Shown here: piece by piece, positions 28,930 through 42,344 of the stretch
Numbering within the stretch: position 1 is the stretch's first letter
Layout of the letters: every line of letters starts with the position of its first letter
Origin: Trichoplax adhaerens
Taxonomy: Eukaryota; Animalia; Placozoa
Length of the DNA stretch: 64,000 nucleotides
Assembly (NCBI RefSeq): GCF_000150275.1
Contig: NW_002060946.1
Coordinates: 4,173,454-4,237,453 of the forward strand
Direction: 5' to 3'
Translations under genes and position numbers: made by a program
The notes under the pieces: generated by a model
Told to the model about the DNA's origin: nothing
The model's database searches: none
The model's input: the letters and a program-made list of their open reading frames with translations, nothing else

Positions 28930-29080
28930 TCCTTTATACTGTACAGTACGGACTGAAGACCTGAATACTATATACTGTAGGAGTGCTTGACATGAAAACA
29001 GCCGTAGCCACAGATGGCAAGTGCGTACAGACGAATGGAGGACTGCTTTCCTATTGCATACTGCATAGTAGTACAGCAGA
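28930..29080. promoter_or_regulatory. VAC14 promoter: minus-strand TATAAAGG adjoining a TACTGTACAGTAC motif
   Basis: Plus strand reads CCTTTATACTGTACAGTAC at 28931-28949, about 370 bp upstream of the ATG. Confidence 0.5.
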
Positions 29081-30856
29081 TTTTCTGTTTGGCAAGGCCA
29101 TCAAATGACTGGATTTTCCTTGCATAGTATAGAATCACTTATTTTCCCTATCATCTTGCATTGAAGAACCTTATTAAGCATTATGAACGATAATCTAATG
29201 TATTACATCTTCAAATTGGAATTGAGCTGTACAGCTTTTAATAATTACTATTATGATCAATTAAGTAGCGGATACAACCATTGACAAGACACTATGAAAG
29301 TAAGAGTTTTGAACAAAATAATTGAAATAGGAAAACGATACTTTGAATGAGATTAATCAGTTAAAATCCTTTCACGTCCGTTAAATTATATATTATTTCG
29401 TACGTATAGAACATTCACAAATAATATGATACCAGGAACTACTCGAGTACTCCTTGATAATACTTGTACAATGTACATACGAGGACTTTTTCAATTGTTA
29501 AACTCTTCTACTTTCCTGGGTGTTAGAAGTACAAAATTACGTCATCAATGGAGAATTCATTTGTGTAGGGGTATCTGTCTGTCATATTAGCTAAGGCTTG
29601 CTGATTAGCGATTAAATTCTATCTACTAAGAAGCTCTACTGTAAATGAAATAAATAATTGAAGTTAACTAAATAAAGTCCTGATGTATTGCAACTGTAAT
29701 TCTTCAGCATATATGCTAAATTCCTTGTAAAGATTATTACATTCTAACTATCATCTATATGTAATTATAATTCGCTGATATATTTACTTACTTTATTGAC
29801 TCAATGTTGCCATTGTTACTCTATTGAATGAAATGATATTTTAAATAATTAATGTAAGGTTATACTATACTCTGAGATTTCAGACCTACTAAATAATATA
29901 TGTCAAGCGCGGCGTATAGTCTCAATATTTATTAATTAATTAATTACTCGTAAGGTTATGTCTCGTATATGAATGGTATTTACGTGAATTACTAGTTTAT
30001 AGCCTATCATTTTTATTTGCTGTTACATAGGTCAATTATTAATCGCAAGAAATTTTTTAAGTTACAGCCAAGATCACGTAGATAATTTTCTGGTCAAAAT
30101 ATACAATACTAACTATCTTATGCTAGATATCTGCCGAACTCATTATGAATTTAAGTGCTGTTGCTTATCATCCCGCCTAACCGTCGATAAATTTGGTCAC
30201 ATCAGTAGAGTTCAGGGTTGGGTTTGTAGACTAATAAATTTATGAGCTGAGCTTCATGACTATAAGTATGACTTCATATTGGATAACCAATTGCTGACAT
30301 TGTGATGTTCATTGAAAGTTGATTATATCACAAGAACATAGTAAAGATATTGATGAATTTCTTTCGAAATTTTCATTCGTCTACACAAAAATGATTCTCA
30401 CCGAATAAATTACTTATAGTCATTCAGGTTTATCTCAGTAATAGTCAGTAGCTGATTAATTCAGAATGTAAACAGTCTGATAGCCTTATTTTTGTATATT
30501 TTATTAATGGAATATCGAGGGAAATGTTACCGTATCCTCCACTCCAGCTTTAAATTACAGTAACTTAGTTATAAAGCGTCGTATCCGTTGAGTGCGAATT
30601 GAAAATCTTCAAGAAATTTTTATAAATTTTAGATAAGTAACGACTTGCGCCTGTATATTTAGTTATAGTGGCAACTGCAAATGAAAATTGTAGAGTATTA
30701 TCTAAAATTTAATAAAATTATTAAGCTAAAAATTGTATGACGTTGTTCAATCATTATTATGTCATGATAAATGTAAGCAATAAGTATAGTGGAATAAGGC
30801 GTAGCTACAGCTACAGCTCTCACCGCAACACAATACCACTGCCATAGGTATACATA

Positions 30857-30857
30857 C

Positions 30858-30889
<32 letters not shown>
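30857..30889. repeat. (TA)n microsatellite
   Basis: Visible TA run. Confidence 0.9.
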
Positions 30890-30892
<3 letters not shown>

Positions 30893-31705
30893 ATAGATAT
30901 GATAGAACAAATAAGAATATAAATATGTATAGCAACATAATCTAAAAATTAGATTAATTAATATTCAAATAGCGAGTAGAACAGATATTTAACTTAATTT
31001 CGTATCTTATTATTTTTTACTTATATCTATTTGCGCATAGTAGCTGTCGATTCAAATTTAAACGAAATTAGGTATAAATTCTATTAAAAATGGTTAAGAT
31101 AGAAATAATCAGCATAACGCTCCTATAGAGCTAAATGATACTTTGCTAATAAAAATTAGACGTTTAATAGCTAACTTTAATCATCAAATCAAATCATTCA
31201 AGACACTATAGCTGAGTAGTCGGATAAAATTGTTATTTCTTATCATCAGTATAAAGTTAAAGTACCTTATCACTAATGATTTCCTTGCTTATTGCTGACA
31301 AATTATTAATATAAGCTATTGCGTGATGATTTTGTCGTAATTTGGCTAGAGTATAAATAAAATTAAAGATCATGGTTGTCCTTATTGATTATAAGAGTAA
31401 GAACTTGTTAGTGAATATATTGGATACAATAGTATCATTTAAATCTCTATAGATAAGTAAAAGAAAGGAAGAGTATTACTGAATACTAAATGAAGATAAA
31501 TTCTATCTGTTATATTCATAAGGACATCTTTAAGTCTTATTAAATGTGCAATTTATATATGAAATCCGATAAGGAAAATATTTTACTTCTTAATTTTATA
31601 AATTGATTTGATATCATTACTTTGTTATTAAAATATTACAAATATTTATCATATCATTTCGTTAAAACTATTCTGTAGATATGGAGATTGAAAGTTGATG
31701 AAAAT

Positions 31706-34700
31706 TTAGCTATTTAAATTTTCTTGGGGTAGTGACCGAACAGCTTTGCTTTTTACCTTGACTGATGGTAATCGTGTAGGTCTAGGTGATGCTTCTGATG
31801 AGCGAGGTAGACTAGAATTTTTACTTAAATTAGGCTTTCTAAATGCAGTTTCATCGCTAGCTGATGCTGAATTGATAGGCTTTCTCTTTTTCTTTCTCCT
31901 AGGACTTCCATTGCTTTGTGCTGGGCTATTAATCCTATCATTTACTAAGGAAATTGGATTAGTTATTGATGATGACGCCGATGATATCTCTCGACCTGGT
32001 TTTCGTAACTTTGTTTTTGTCGATATCGAATGGTTCGAAGATTCTTTACTCAACCGTGATCTGGGTGAAGATCGTGCAGATGAATTCGGTGATCGAGATT
32101 TCGAAAGTGGATATTCGCCAACAGAGTCAGGTCGAGGAGAATTTTCGGCTATTCTATTACTTTCTGCGGATTGAACTCGCGGTGAAGAATATTTTCGCGA
32201 CCGAGGAGATCTTGGTGATCTTGGTGATCTAGGTGATTTCCGCCTTTGAGATTCAGACGAATGCAACGTTCTCTGCGGTTGCATATTAATAGGAGAATCA
32301 GCAGATATTGGCGTGATCCTTCCATCTTCAGTAGCTCTTGGCGACAAAGGAGGCAAAGGACGACCACGCGGCTTGTTGTGAAAAGTTTCTTCGGTATCAG
32401 GTCTTGAAGTTTGATTTAATTCTGGTACTAGTTTACTTTGTACAGACATGGAAGGAGAAATAACATTTTCGACGTCAACATAAGTGGTTCCTATTTGATC
32501 GCTATTAGCAGTAATTTCTGACACCGGTATTTCATGTAATGATTCGCCAGAGGATCCTTCTTCATGGTGAACTATACGACCATTGCTATGAGGCCTCTCC
32601 ACGTGTTGCTGATTATCATTATTTACATACGTTTGAGCATCATGCGATCCTCTTAACCCATCATCATCTCTTTCTGTATGGCGGTGACCATGATGGCCAT
32701 AAGATTTCAATACGTTAGAGTCATTATTCCATTTATCATTTCTATGATCTTTTAGTTGATCATTTTTTGCTTTTCTATACTGGTCTTCAGTGTTATGTTT
32801 ATGTAGTAAAGGTTTAGTATCTTTATGATCTGATGCAGAATAAACATCACTCTCAGTTTGATAATCTTTTTCATCGGCTTTTCTGTCATTTATAATGTCT
32901 CCGGACGAATTATCGTACTTCGTGGATAAATGGATAGGTTCGCTCTTTTGAGAGTCGTCATCGTCGAGATTTTTAGAATCTTTAATATTTTGATGACGGA
33001 ATTGTTTTCTACGAGGGGAAGACTGTTGACCTCTAATGGAGGTGCCATTTAATTTCTATTTAAAAATTACATCAAATAAGAATGTAATACTTAAAAAAAA
33101 TACTATGTACGAAACTGTTAATTAATTGCGATTTAAGATAAAGTAAATATTTCACTACATAGTAATATCTTAAAATCAAATAGAAGCTTATAAGGAGTTT
33201 CCGTACAGGTTTGATGCTAGCTCTGTTTTTTATGGTATCAATTTCTTCGTGAATTGATTCTTCAAGCTGATTCCTATATTATGCGTATATGGAAATCATA
33301 AATTTAAGAAATGAGCGCAGTGTTTTGTAGCCAAAGAATATATTCATGATTGTGTCAAAACTTCGTTGTTAGGAAACTGTATTGCTTTACAAGGCTAAAT
33401 TAATGTCTTGTGTAGACAAAGTTATAAGTAAAATACTTATAAAAGGTTATTGCAAGTTATCTTACCCATTGCCGCATTCTAAATCATCGGGGGAGACTTT
33501 TACCTGCAAGATAATGGCATAATTTAAAATTTTTATAGTTAGCGATAATGATAGGCTTACTACAGCCTTTTAATAATAATTCGTATAGACGTTTAGATGT
33601 AGATATTACCTACTATATTTTTAGCATGTACACAAATTGAAATACCTTTCGCCGTAAGCAACAACCTTCCTTTCGATCTTCACTTTTCGTACTATCAGTC
33701 TCTTCAGGTTCTTTAGTACGTTCTCGTTCACCAACAATATAAGCGTATGTAGTTAAACCATTAACAACTATGTGACGTTCAGATTTAGATTAGTATCATA
33801 TTTACCGTGTCAGAGAGAAAAATGAAACACTTGTATTTTTACTCACTTAAATGTACATGAAAAAAGAATAGGTGGCCCACTAATCCTGAAGCCACTAGAG
33901 CTAGTAGCCCTAATATGCCTATAACAATGGGATAGGCTGCATCGGGTACGACACCAAAGATAGTGAAATTATCTATATATAAAATTGGAAGTTTTAGGAG
34001 AAAAAGGGTTTCCATAAATCATGTAAAGAGTGATAAAGATTTATTAATTATTTCTTATATGAATGCCTTTTATCAATATTATAAACTAATGTCTAATCAC
34101 AATAGTTAAAATAAAAATCGCTAACGAGATCAATGTAAAATTAGTTAACAACTTTTGTTTTAAAATTTTCTATTCTTACTTCCTTTAATAGATTGGATAT
34201 CAACGAAGTAGGCAATGAACTGATATAATGCTATACCAAAAATAAAAGCTGTCGACACAAATGCCGTAAAAATGCAGACGAGAAACAATCTGTAAAATGC
34301 AAAAACATCTAGATTAAGTATTGCATCCTCAATAATAGATAGAAGAGTAACTTTAATTTTATTCTCAATCTATTTACTTAAAATTTATTAATCAATTATT
34401 TATGGCATAAAAAAGTTGTAATATCTTATTAATAGCAATTTCAATCGAGTGGTACTTTGTGCATTCAACTAAAAGTGTAAGAAATCTTTTAAGCAATATA
34501 GCCTACCTGTAGTTTCTTCCCCCTACACAGTTATTCAACCATTTACAGTGATGATCAAATTGTGATACACATTTATTGCATGCGCTGCAATGTTTAGCCG
34601 ATGAACTTCTAATTAGTGGACGATAAAAATAGAAAATCTTTACTTGTTAGGCAGTAATAGTGTACAACAGCAAGAGGTGCAGCGAGCGTTCCTAGAAATA

Positions 34701-37032
34701 GTCTCCTTTTATCGTAGAAAGTATACCGTACTAAAAATTCTGATACCAGTAACGTAAAATATTTCTCGACGGCACAATTATATAAGAAAAATTATAATAT
34801 GGCAGCATAGGCTATCCAGTAGCAGAGTTTACTGCATTTATTCTACGGAACGATAAAATTTACTATAATCTACAAAACACCAATACATAACGTCGAGCAC
34901 ACATATACATATTATTGAAAAAGTACTTTTATGGCTTAGATCAACTTACACTTTTACTTCACAAATATAGCAATAGTTATTCTCTATGACGTGAGATTGA
35001 GTATTTCTATTAAATAAGCGAAGATTCTTTCGAGAAGATGAACTTTTCGCCCTAACATTAGGTTCTGCGGGGTCAACGACCAAACAAATAATATGAATTA
35101 TAATATGAATTCCAAAGGTAACCGCAGGTATCTAAGGATTTTGGTTAAAATATTAAGGTCCACCTTTACAAATTGTTTGATATACTACTTCTATGATATA
35201 AAAAGTCTATCATTATCATTTATTTCAGTATCAAATACTAGATATTATTGAAAAATCATAAAATTTTGTAAGAATTTCGTTAAATGAGGATAGAGAACGG
35301 TGCCAACGAAAGACTTGAATTCAATACCTGGTAATAATGAAGAAGTATCTATACATTTTTTTATTCATTTAACGTACTATACAATTGTAAAATTTTTCTC
35401 CAAAGATAATGATATAGATAATAATTTAGTTTATGGTTTAAAGTCATCTACACTCTTGACAAAAAATTGCTATGCTAGTTACCACTAACATAAATCATAA
35501 AGTAAATTTAACTTTGAACGTGTTATTGATAATAACTGATATGGAATCAAATTAAGGAATAAAATACTGAGCAAAATAACACTATTTACCCAAAAGTGTC
35601 ATGATATCTAGCCGAATTTCAACTCAGAGATTGCATGAGAACGTTATTTAATGTATCTTATAACATGTTGCTATTCGCAGATTGTATGTGTTTTATGGAA
35701 AAAAAGGTATTGTTAAAGTATGATCGAATCAACTCAACAGCATATGGTAGCAAACTCGTAATCAGAAGAACATGACTTAATCAAACTTAGTAAAATGGTA
35801 ATAATGACGACCTTGACTTTGATGGTTATATTTCAGCACCGTAGAAAAATGTTAAATTACATAAAGTCAACAAGAACGCTATATAAGGATATTTATAAGT
35901 AATAATAGAAAATTGTTTTGACATAACTACTAAAATGATCTTTTTTTTGTACCCTTTTGACTATGTTACAGGTCATTACACGGGCGATTACAAAGAGTGA
36001 GTGTAATTCCTGATGTACCATTCTTAAGAATAGAACAATATTCAAGAAAATTTATATCGACACTACATATACTCGTACTACTTTTCTATGCTAGATTTCA
36101 GCTAATTTGTTAGCAATATAACATGACCAAGATATTTACAACAATACGGGTACCATCTTTATAAAATTGTCTAATTCTAGCGATGATATTGATAGCCGAA
36201 ATCAGATAAAAGTTACCCTAATTCTTGATCAGGGGTTCATGTCTGACTATAAAGATTACTGTATATTGATAAATCGAAAAATATACTATGTTATTTTTTG
36301 CAGAATTTATGTATATTTGAAATAGACTATCTAAGTTGCTATGTTTTTGACTATAGCTTTGTAATAATGTTAAGAAAAGAGAACTCCTGCTACGAAATCA
36401 TGACTTTATAAAATTTACGAAGTTATTCTATCTAATGATCGGAAACTCTCTTTTACCCATTCAGACAATACTCATTATATTTACAGTTGGGTAAGAACTT
36501 GAAATATCATCATTCAGCTTTGCACTATCTACTCCTTCGATATCAATTGGCTCAGAGTTATTTATACTGTATTACAGTAAAATTCTACAATACTCTATCG
36601 ATCGTACATCCCATATAAATCAATCTATTTCTAAATATTACGACACTATCTTAAAAGAATATATAACCCTTGTACGATACATACAATTATAAATGACGCT
36701 TCAAAACTTATGCGATAAAACTATACTATCGTCAGTTGTTCCAAGTAGGTTATATCGAACGTAATAGTCACATCAACAACAGTGAAATAGAATGAAAAGA
36801 CTACACGTTATAGAGATTAAAAAAAATAAATAAATAAATAAGCGATCTAAATGATATTGAAGGATACGATTATTGCTACCAATCTCCAAGTCGTAGGTAT
36901 ATGAAATATCATAACAGCGAAATAGAAAACGGTAAATAGCACAATTATAGTCCAGGCAATAAATTGTAACGGATGTAACGGTATCATTAAACCGTTCGTT
37001 CTTGACTTTCTTTTCTCGGCTAATGATGCCAT
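31706..37032 (-). CDS. DHHC palmitoyltransferase, ZDHHC1/ZDHHC11 subfamily, 9 exons, ~753 aa with a long low-complexity C-terminal tail
   Basis: Exons: 37032-36868, 35131-34950, 34608-34507, 34289-34180, 33972-33847, 33767-33646, 33503-33466, 33273-33207, 33055-31706. Motifs: [66 protein letters not shown]. Exons 7-8 rest on splice and phase logic only. Confidence 0.92.
35132..36867 (-). other. U12-type GT-AG intron (ZDHHC intron 1, 1736 nt)
   Basis: 5' splice site GTATCCTT (full consensus); 3' end gaCCTTAATattTTAACcaaaatccttAG. Confidence 0.85.
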
Positions 37033-37460
37033 ATTATATCTGTCGTCGACGAGATTTTCAATTCTATTTTAGTTTCAGCAATAGCAATAGCGATAGGAAT
37101 TTTTCACATCATGCCTTTTTTCTTATACGGTAGCATAGCAACCACTCCAAATAGGTAGGCAAAGTGAGGAGATTTGTTCTTATAGCGCAGTTTGTAATTT
37201 ACTAAACTTAGATACACTACGACATCCCTCTTGAGGTACTATTACTTTACTGTAATGGCTGGCGACTGTTACCTATGCGTTCTAAATAGTAGACCCTTTG
37301 AACTGGTTAAGATTAATTTCAACTTTTTCAACGAGGCCTGTCAATTATCTAAGTCAACGGCTTCTGCTTTTCTTTACGGCACGGTACTTTTTAAAATTAA
37401 CACCGTCATAGCCCGTAATAATACTGGTATAAGAAGAATTGCGCACACACACACTATATT

Positions 37461-37560
37461 ACATATATATATATATATATATACACGTAACATATATATC
37501 TATATATATATATATATATACACGTAACATATATATCTATCTATATATATATATATATAC
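37461..37560. repeat. Compound (TA)n microsatellite with a duplicated CACGTAAC spacer
   Basis: Direct reading. Confidence 0.9.
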
Positions 37561-37819
37561 AGTATGTGCAGTACTTTTATATCTATACTCGTTTATACGT
37601 ATGTAAATAAATAGCGTGATTCTATAATGTTTGAATCAGGAGAGGAGGTTGAATGAATCTGTATAAAGATTCAATTCATGAAATGTAGGCAATTCCACGG
37701 TTTATTTTTTAATAACTACTGGCAACGCATACTGTATCCTTATGAAAGGTGAAGGAGGTCAGATCGAGAGTCTCGGATGGAAGGAAGATTGGACGCCTTG
37801 GCTATAAACACATGATTAC

Positions 37820-38570
37820 ACTCATGTACTGTACTGTACTTGTACTGTATGTACAGTACAGTATCATATCCTATTTTACAGCGAGTGTAATCCTTTATTA
37901 TTACAGTAGTCCTCTAGCGTTTAGACCTCTGCATCCGTTACCATACACATCGCATTGTTCGGCTAGATCAGAACAGTTATAGTTCTAACTTGTACATGAG
38001 GTAAATTTCATTTATCTGCAAATTTCGGTCTGTAAAAAGATTTTGTATTCTATGGTTTACACTACCCATTGCCGTCGTAGCCAAATACCCACTGACTAGT
38101 GAGTTTCAGAGTTTGATTTTATCCGTTTAATATTACACCATCCATGGCTAAGATTTGTTGTCTATCGCCGTGTAATGCTCCTATGAAAAATCAATCCAAT
38201 CCCTCTTGATTATAGTGTATATGATGGAACTCGAGCATTAAGTTCTGCTTCTGCATGGTGCCCCATAGCAGACTAAATTACCCGGTAATTCATTAATTAA
38301 TGCATGGAGGGACCCTGTCCAAACAGTGTCAGCTGTCCATGGTCAACAACAAATTTTCCAATTTTTTTCCAAATGTCAATATGACATCCAATATGGCGTT
38401 ATCGTACCACAGTGTACAGTACAGTGCAGTACAGTACGGTGTACTGTACACGTACTGTACTGTACTGTAGTTTTTTGTGTACGGTACAGTACTGTGCTAC
38501 AGTCGACTGCTAGACACAACAGTAGAATATGCTACACTGTACTGTACACTGTGTACTGTACAGGTTACGT
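37820..38570. promoter_or_regulatory. Divergent promoter region between ZDHHC and TBC1D20 with two TACAG/CTGTA clusters (37825-37865, 38405-38565)
   Basis: The genes are head-to-head and the region has dense GTACTGTAC/CAGTACAG runs. Confidence 0.55.
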
Positions 38571-38644
38571 CCAAATAAATGTTCAATGTTATTCATCGGA
38601 GATCATTTCATGATGAATATTGGACAGCTAATCTACATTTGGAT

Positions 38645-41600
38645 ATGATGAATTCTGATGATTCTATTGCCAACGGTAAGAAAGTGAAATTAACTTGAGT
38701 GTTTCAATAGAACCGCCTTGAGTAGATAGCATACATCATTCAGACTGATAATGTCTTCCTAATCACATCCAAATGATGCTTCGTAGGTAAAGAACGGTGA
38801 GATAGTGGCAAGAATACTGCTTTAAAAGCAACTATCGCAGGCCATTGCGAACTGTCACTCAACTCGACTAATCTGGTGCGTATAACTAAGCTCAATTAGC
38901 TGTATTTGCGGACTGTCTATTTGTCTACATCCTACAGACGTGTACTATGATCATAGTGCTTATTTCAGCTTCAGCATATGTCTATGGAATAGTGGATTGA
39001 TTCATTTTCTATGATAAGTTGCTTTACCATGCTACAGATATCATTAGTTACTGAAACCCCTAAAACCGAGGTAAGAATGCTTGTTGCCTCTTGCCTTCAG
39101 CGACACCAGCATACAATAATATAGTAGAATGATTGCCTAATTTCCTGCCCTATGTCCTAGATTATGTAGCGTATTTTCCTAGCTAATGCCTTTAATATCT
39201 ATCTATTCTGTATATAAAAGAAACCCCTTAAACCGAGGTAAGAATGCTTGTTGCCCCTTGCCTTCAGCGACACCAGCATACAATAATATAGTAGAATGAT
39301 TGCCTAATTTCCTGCCCTATGTCCTAGATTATGTAGCGTATTTTCCTAGCTCATGCCTTTAGTATCTATCTATTCTGTATGTAAAATGACCTTTGAGTAA
39401 CATTATCCGGTATGAATGATTGTGAGTACTTTATTCCATTTTTGCAAATACGTTATTCTACACTCTGAAATGATTCCTGCAAGGTTATCGTGCATAGCAC
39501 CTGTCATTCAATAGTCTTCCATTTTCCAGTCACGACTTGAATTAAAGTGTTACATTTTAATACGTAAACGCTTGTTGAGATATGTTTCATAGTTATCCAC
39601 ACGCTATGACTATGTGTACACACTAGTAATAGCCTTAATTACTCATGTTGTCATTGAGCTATACTTGAGTTACTGTATACAAGCATATAGTGCAAGTTTC
39701 AGAGTCCGTATGGAGGTTACCATATTGTGCAATAGAGGTGTACCTCTGAAGATATAAACATTAACTTATTTTTATCTCAACAAACTTCTAATTGAAATGT
39801 ATCCATCTACTTCATTAGAATCGTAAATTATGACCAAGAAGGGAAGTAAAAAGAAGGGTCTCACTTGGAATAAATCGAAAAAGGATCAAGCGGAACAAGG
39901 TTACCTTCATTGTAAATCACGTACATAGACGCTACTGACTACTTCCAAGAGTTTCTTGTATGTAGTACAGGCGCAAGATGATAAGTTTTCTTTGCAAGCA
40001 GTTACGATTCTGATAGATAATAACAAATTTACTTTAAAATACGAATATTATTATATAGAAGATGACCTTATTAATTTTTGGCAAAGATTGCTAATGAATG
40101 TAATTTAATTTAATCAAAATTTTTCAATTGTTATACCGTATTGTAACCCTACATCTGATGTCAGTTAAGTTAATAAGCGAAGACGATGCGTAATTTATAC
40201 GTTATGTTCGTACCATCTTGACAGAAACAAAATACAGTACACAGTATTTTTAGAATGAATCTGACATGCATACATCTGATTTATTTATTCTAATTAGAAC
40301 ATCAACGTAATAAAATCCGATTAATTAATGAAGCCTTAGAAACTGACCCGGTAGATATTCGCTCTTTAAGGCAATTTGCCCTTAGCGCTGATGGATTCGT
40401 TAATAATGAAATTCGTCGAAAAGTCTGGCCTAAGCTTATCAATGCAAACACCTGGAAATACCATGATGAAACTTCGAGTATGCTAGATTTAATGTAAAGA
40501 AATCGTCTGTTATGCGAGATTTAGCTATTACAATCTTTGCTTGATATTCTAGATGGAGAAGCCGATGTTGTTAACTTGTATAAATCTCATAAGGATTGGA
40601 TGCAAGTCGTCTTAGATGTTGATCGATGTGGATCGCGTTTGCCACCAGGTACTGCTTCATTCATATATTACTGTGTGTAATACGCTTGTAGAAGATCTAA
40701 CAAACGTTAATTTGAGTTTGCAATCTATAGCACATTTTACAGTCAAAAAAGTCAACTATAATTGCTATACTTTTCCACCCATTTGAACGTTGACGATAAT
40801 AGCTATAAATAGCATACATAATATTATATAGTATCATAAGAATCGTAATCATGTTTATATGGTATTTATATAGAGAGTACACGATGTAGTATAGTATTCT
40901 TTAAAATCCATAGTCTTACGAGGATTCATTTACCGTTTGGCGCATTCTGTACTATAAAATAATCACTTAAAAATCAATACATTTCGTATCTTAATGTCTT
41001 TATGCCGCCTTAATATGATAGGAATTAGAGCAAGTAAACGTCGAAATCTTCAACGGCAGCTTCTAAACGTCATTATGTGTGTGATCAGCAGTAATAGTAA
41101 CCTTCACTATTACCAGGTTTGTTCTACAACTGTATAATATAAAGTAGTGTTTAAATGGGCATCATCTGTGTCATATTTACAGTGCGAATTATTTGCTATA
41201 TTCCTGTATGAAGGGTTTTCACGATGTATGTTTGACATTGATACTGTCGGTTGGAGAAACCGCTGCTCTTGCCCTTGCAAATAAACTCGCTAGAAATCAT
41301 CTAAGGTACGACAATGATAAGTGCATAAATTAAATAATTTTAATTGAGATGTTATTCCTAATGTTCAATCAATCTTATTGGTGTAGAGATTTCATGGAAA
41401 GTGATATGATAAATACGAAAAATATCTTGGAACTGATCAATCCTATAATCATCATGGAGAATTTACAATTATTTCAAGCGCTACAAGAGTATGTATTATT
41501 ATCTTTTATATTATCTCAACTCTTGCCTATGTAGATAGCTTTTTATTTAATATTTAACGTTAGAGCATTGCACGTTATTATATATGGACAGATCTAATGT

Positions 41601-42344
41601 TGGCAACGTGTTTGCCATCAGTTGGTTAATCACTTGGTTTGCACATGATTTTGAGGACCCTGCAATATCATATCGTCTATACGATTTCTTCTTAGCTCAT
41701 CATCCGCTCATGCCAGTGTATACTGCAGCTGCGGTAAGCTCTACTACGTTTAACCTGGATAATAATCTCCATTGAAATTCTGAAATTTAAATATTTACAG
41801 ATGGTATTGCGAAGAAGTGAAGAAATTCTAGAGTCGGAGCGAGATATTGGCTTCTTACATGCCTTGCTAAGAAGATTACCCCAAGATGTTCCTGTGGAAG
41901 CCCTTATAGAAGAATCGATGGCTCTTTGTCAGAAGTATTCACCGACCCAGCTAACGAAGTGGGTGAAAACTGTTAATTATCGTGGCCAGTAAGTATTACC
42001 AATTAAATACCAATTGTATAGCCATTTCATAATTGGTAGAATGGAGTTTGCTTTAAATTTATATTTGTCATGTAAGTTTGATATTGACGTTCATGTATGC
42101 ATATTACAGTCGTATTATTGAATGCTATGACGCGCTCCTATATGAAGTATCGCGGCAAAGACCAGATTCTATATTGCAGCAACTTTATGATGCAGGAAAA
42201 GGTCCCATGGATGACTTAGACGACATAGATGCAAAAGAGTCTAACCAAGGTTTACTTGGAAATGTAACATTATGGGCAGTCAGCGCAACAGTTGGCGCAG
42301 CAGCTGTAGCAATCATGAATACTGTCTATGGATCTTGGATATAA
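38645..42344 (+). CDS. TBC1D20: TBC1D20, Rab1/Rab18 GAP with C-terminal membrane anchor
   Basis: First coding exon is either 38645-38675 or 39830-39899 (both phase 1). Then 40298-40477, 40553-40648, 41022-41116, 41214-41305, 41387-41488, 41592-41733, 41801-41988, 42110-42344. Motifs: EIRRKVWPKL, QVVLDVDR (R finger), LHYYQGFHDV (Q finger), FAISWLITWFAH, RLYDFFLAHHPLMPVY, hydrophobic tail. Confidence 0.93.
39053..39386. repeat. Near-identical 167-bp tandem duplication in the TBC1D20 5' intron
   Basis: 39053-39219 vs 39220-39386, with only a few substitutions. Confidence 0.95.

Noticed and set aside
28740-28930. RNase P/MRP or snRNA gene
   Set aside because: The conserved core motifs could not be found; only a short GGGGC resemblance.
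29014-29127. 37-codon ORF divergent from the VAC14 promoter
   Set aside because: Short, with no homology and no supporting exon structure.
31746-32367. ORFs 31746-32174 (+), 31966-32232 (+) and 32149-32367 (-)
   Set aside because: Antisense or alternate-frame shadows of the low-complexity ZDHHC terminal exon.
37231-38613. Tyr/Cys/Thr/Val-rich short ORFs (also 45607-45792 and 50864-51118)
   Set aside because: Artefacts of TA microsatellites and TACAG promoter repeats.
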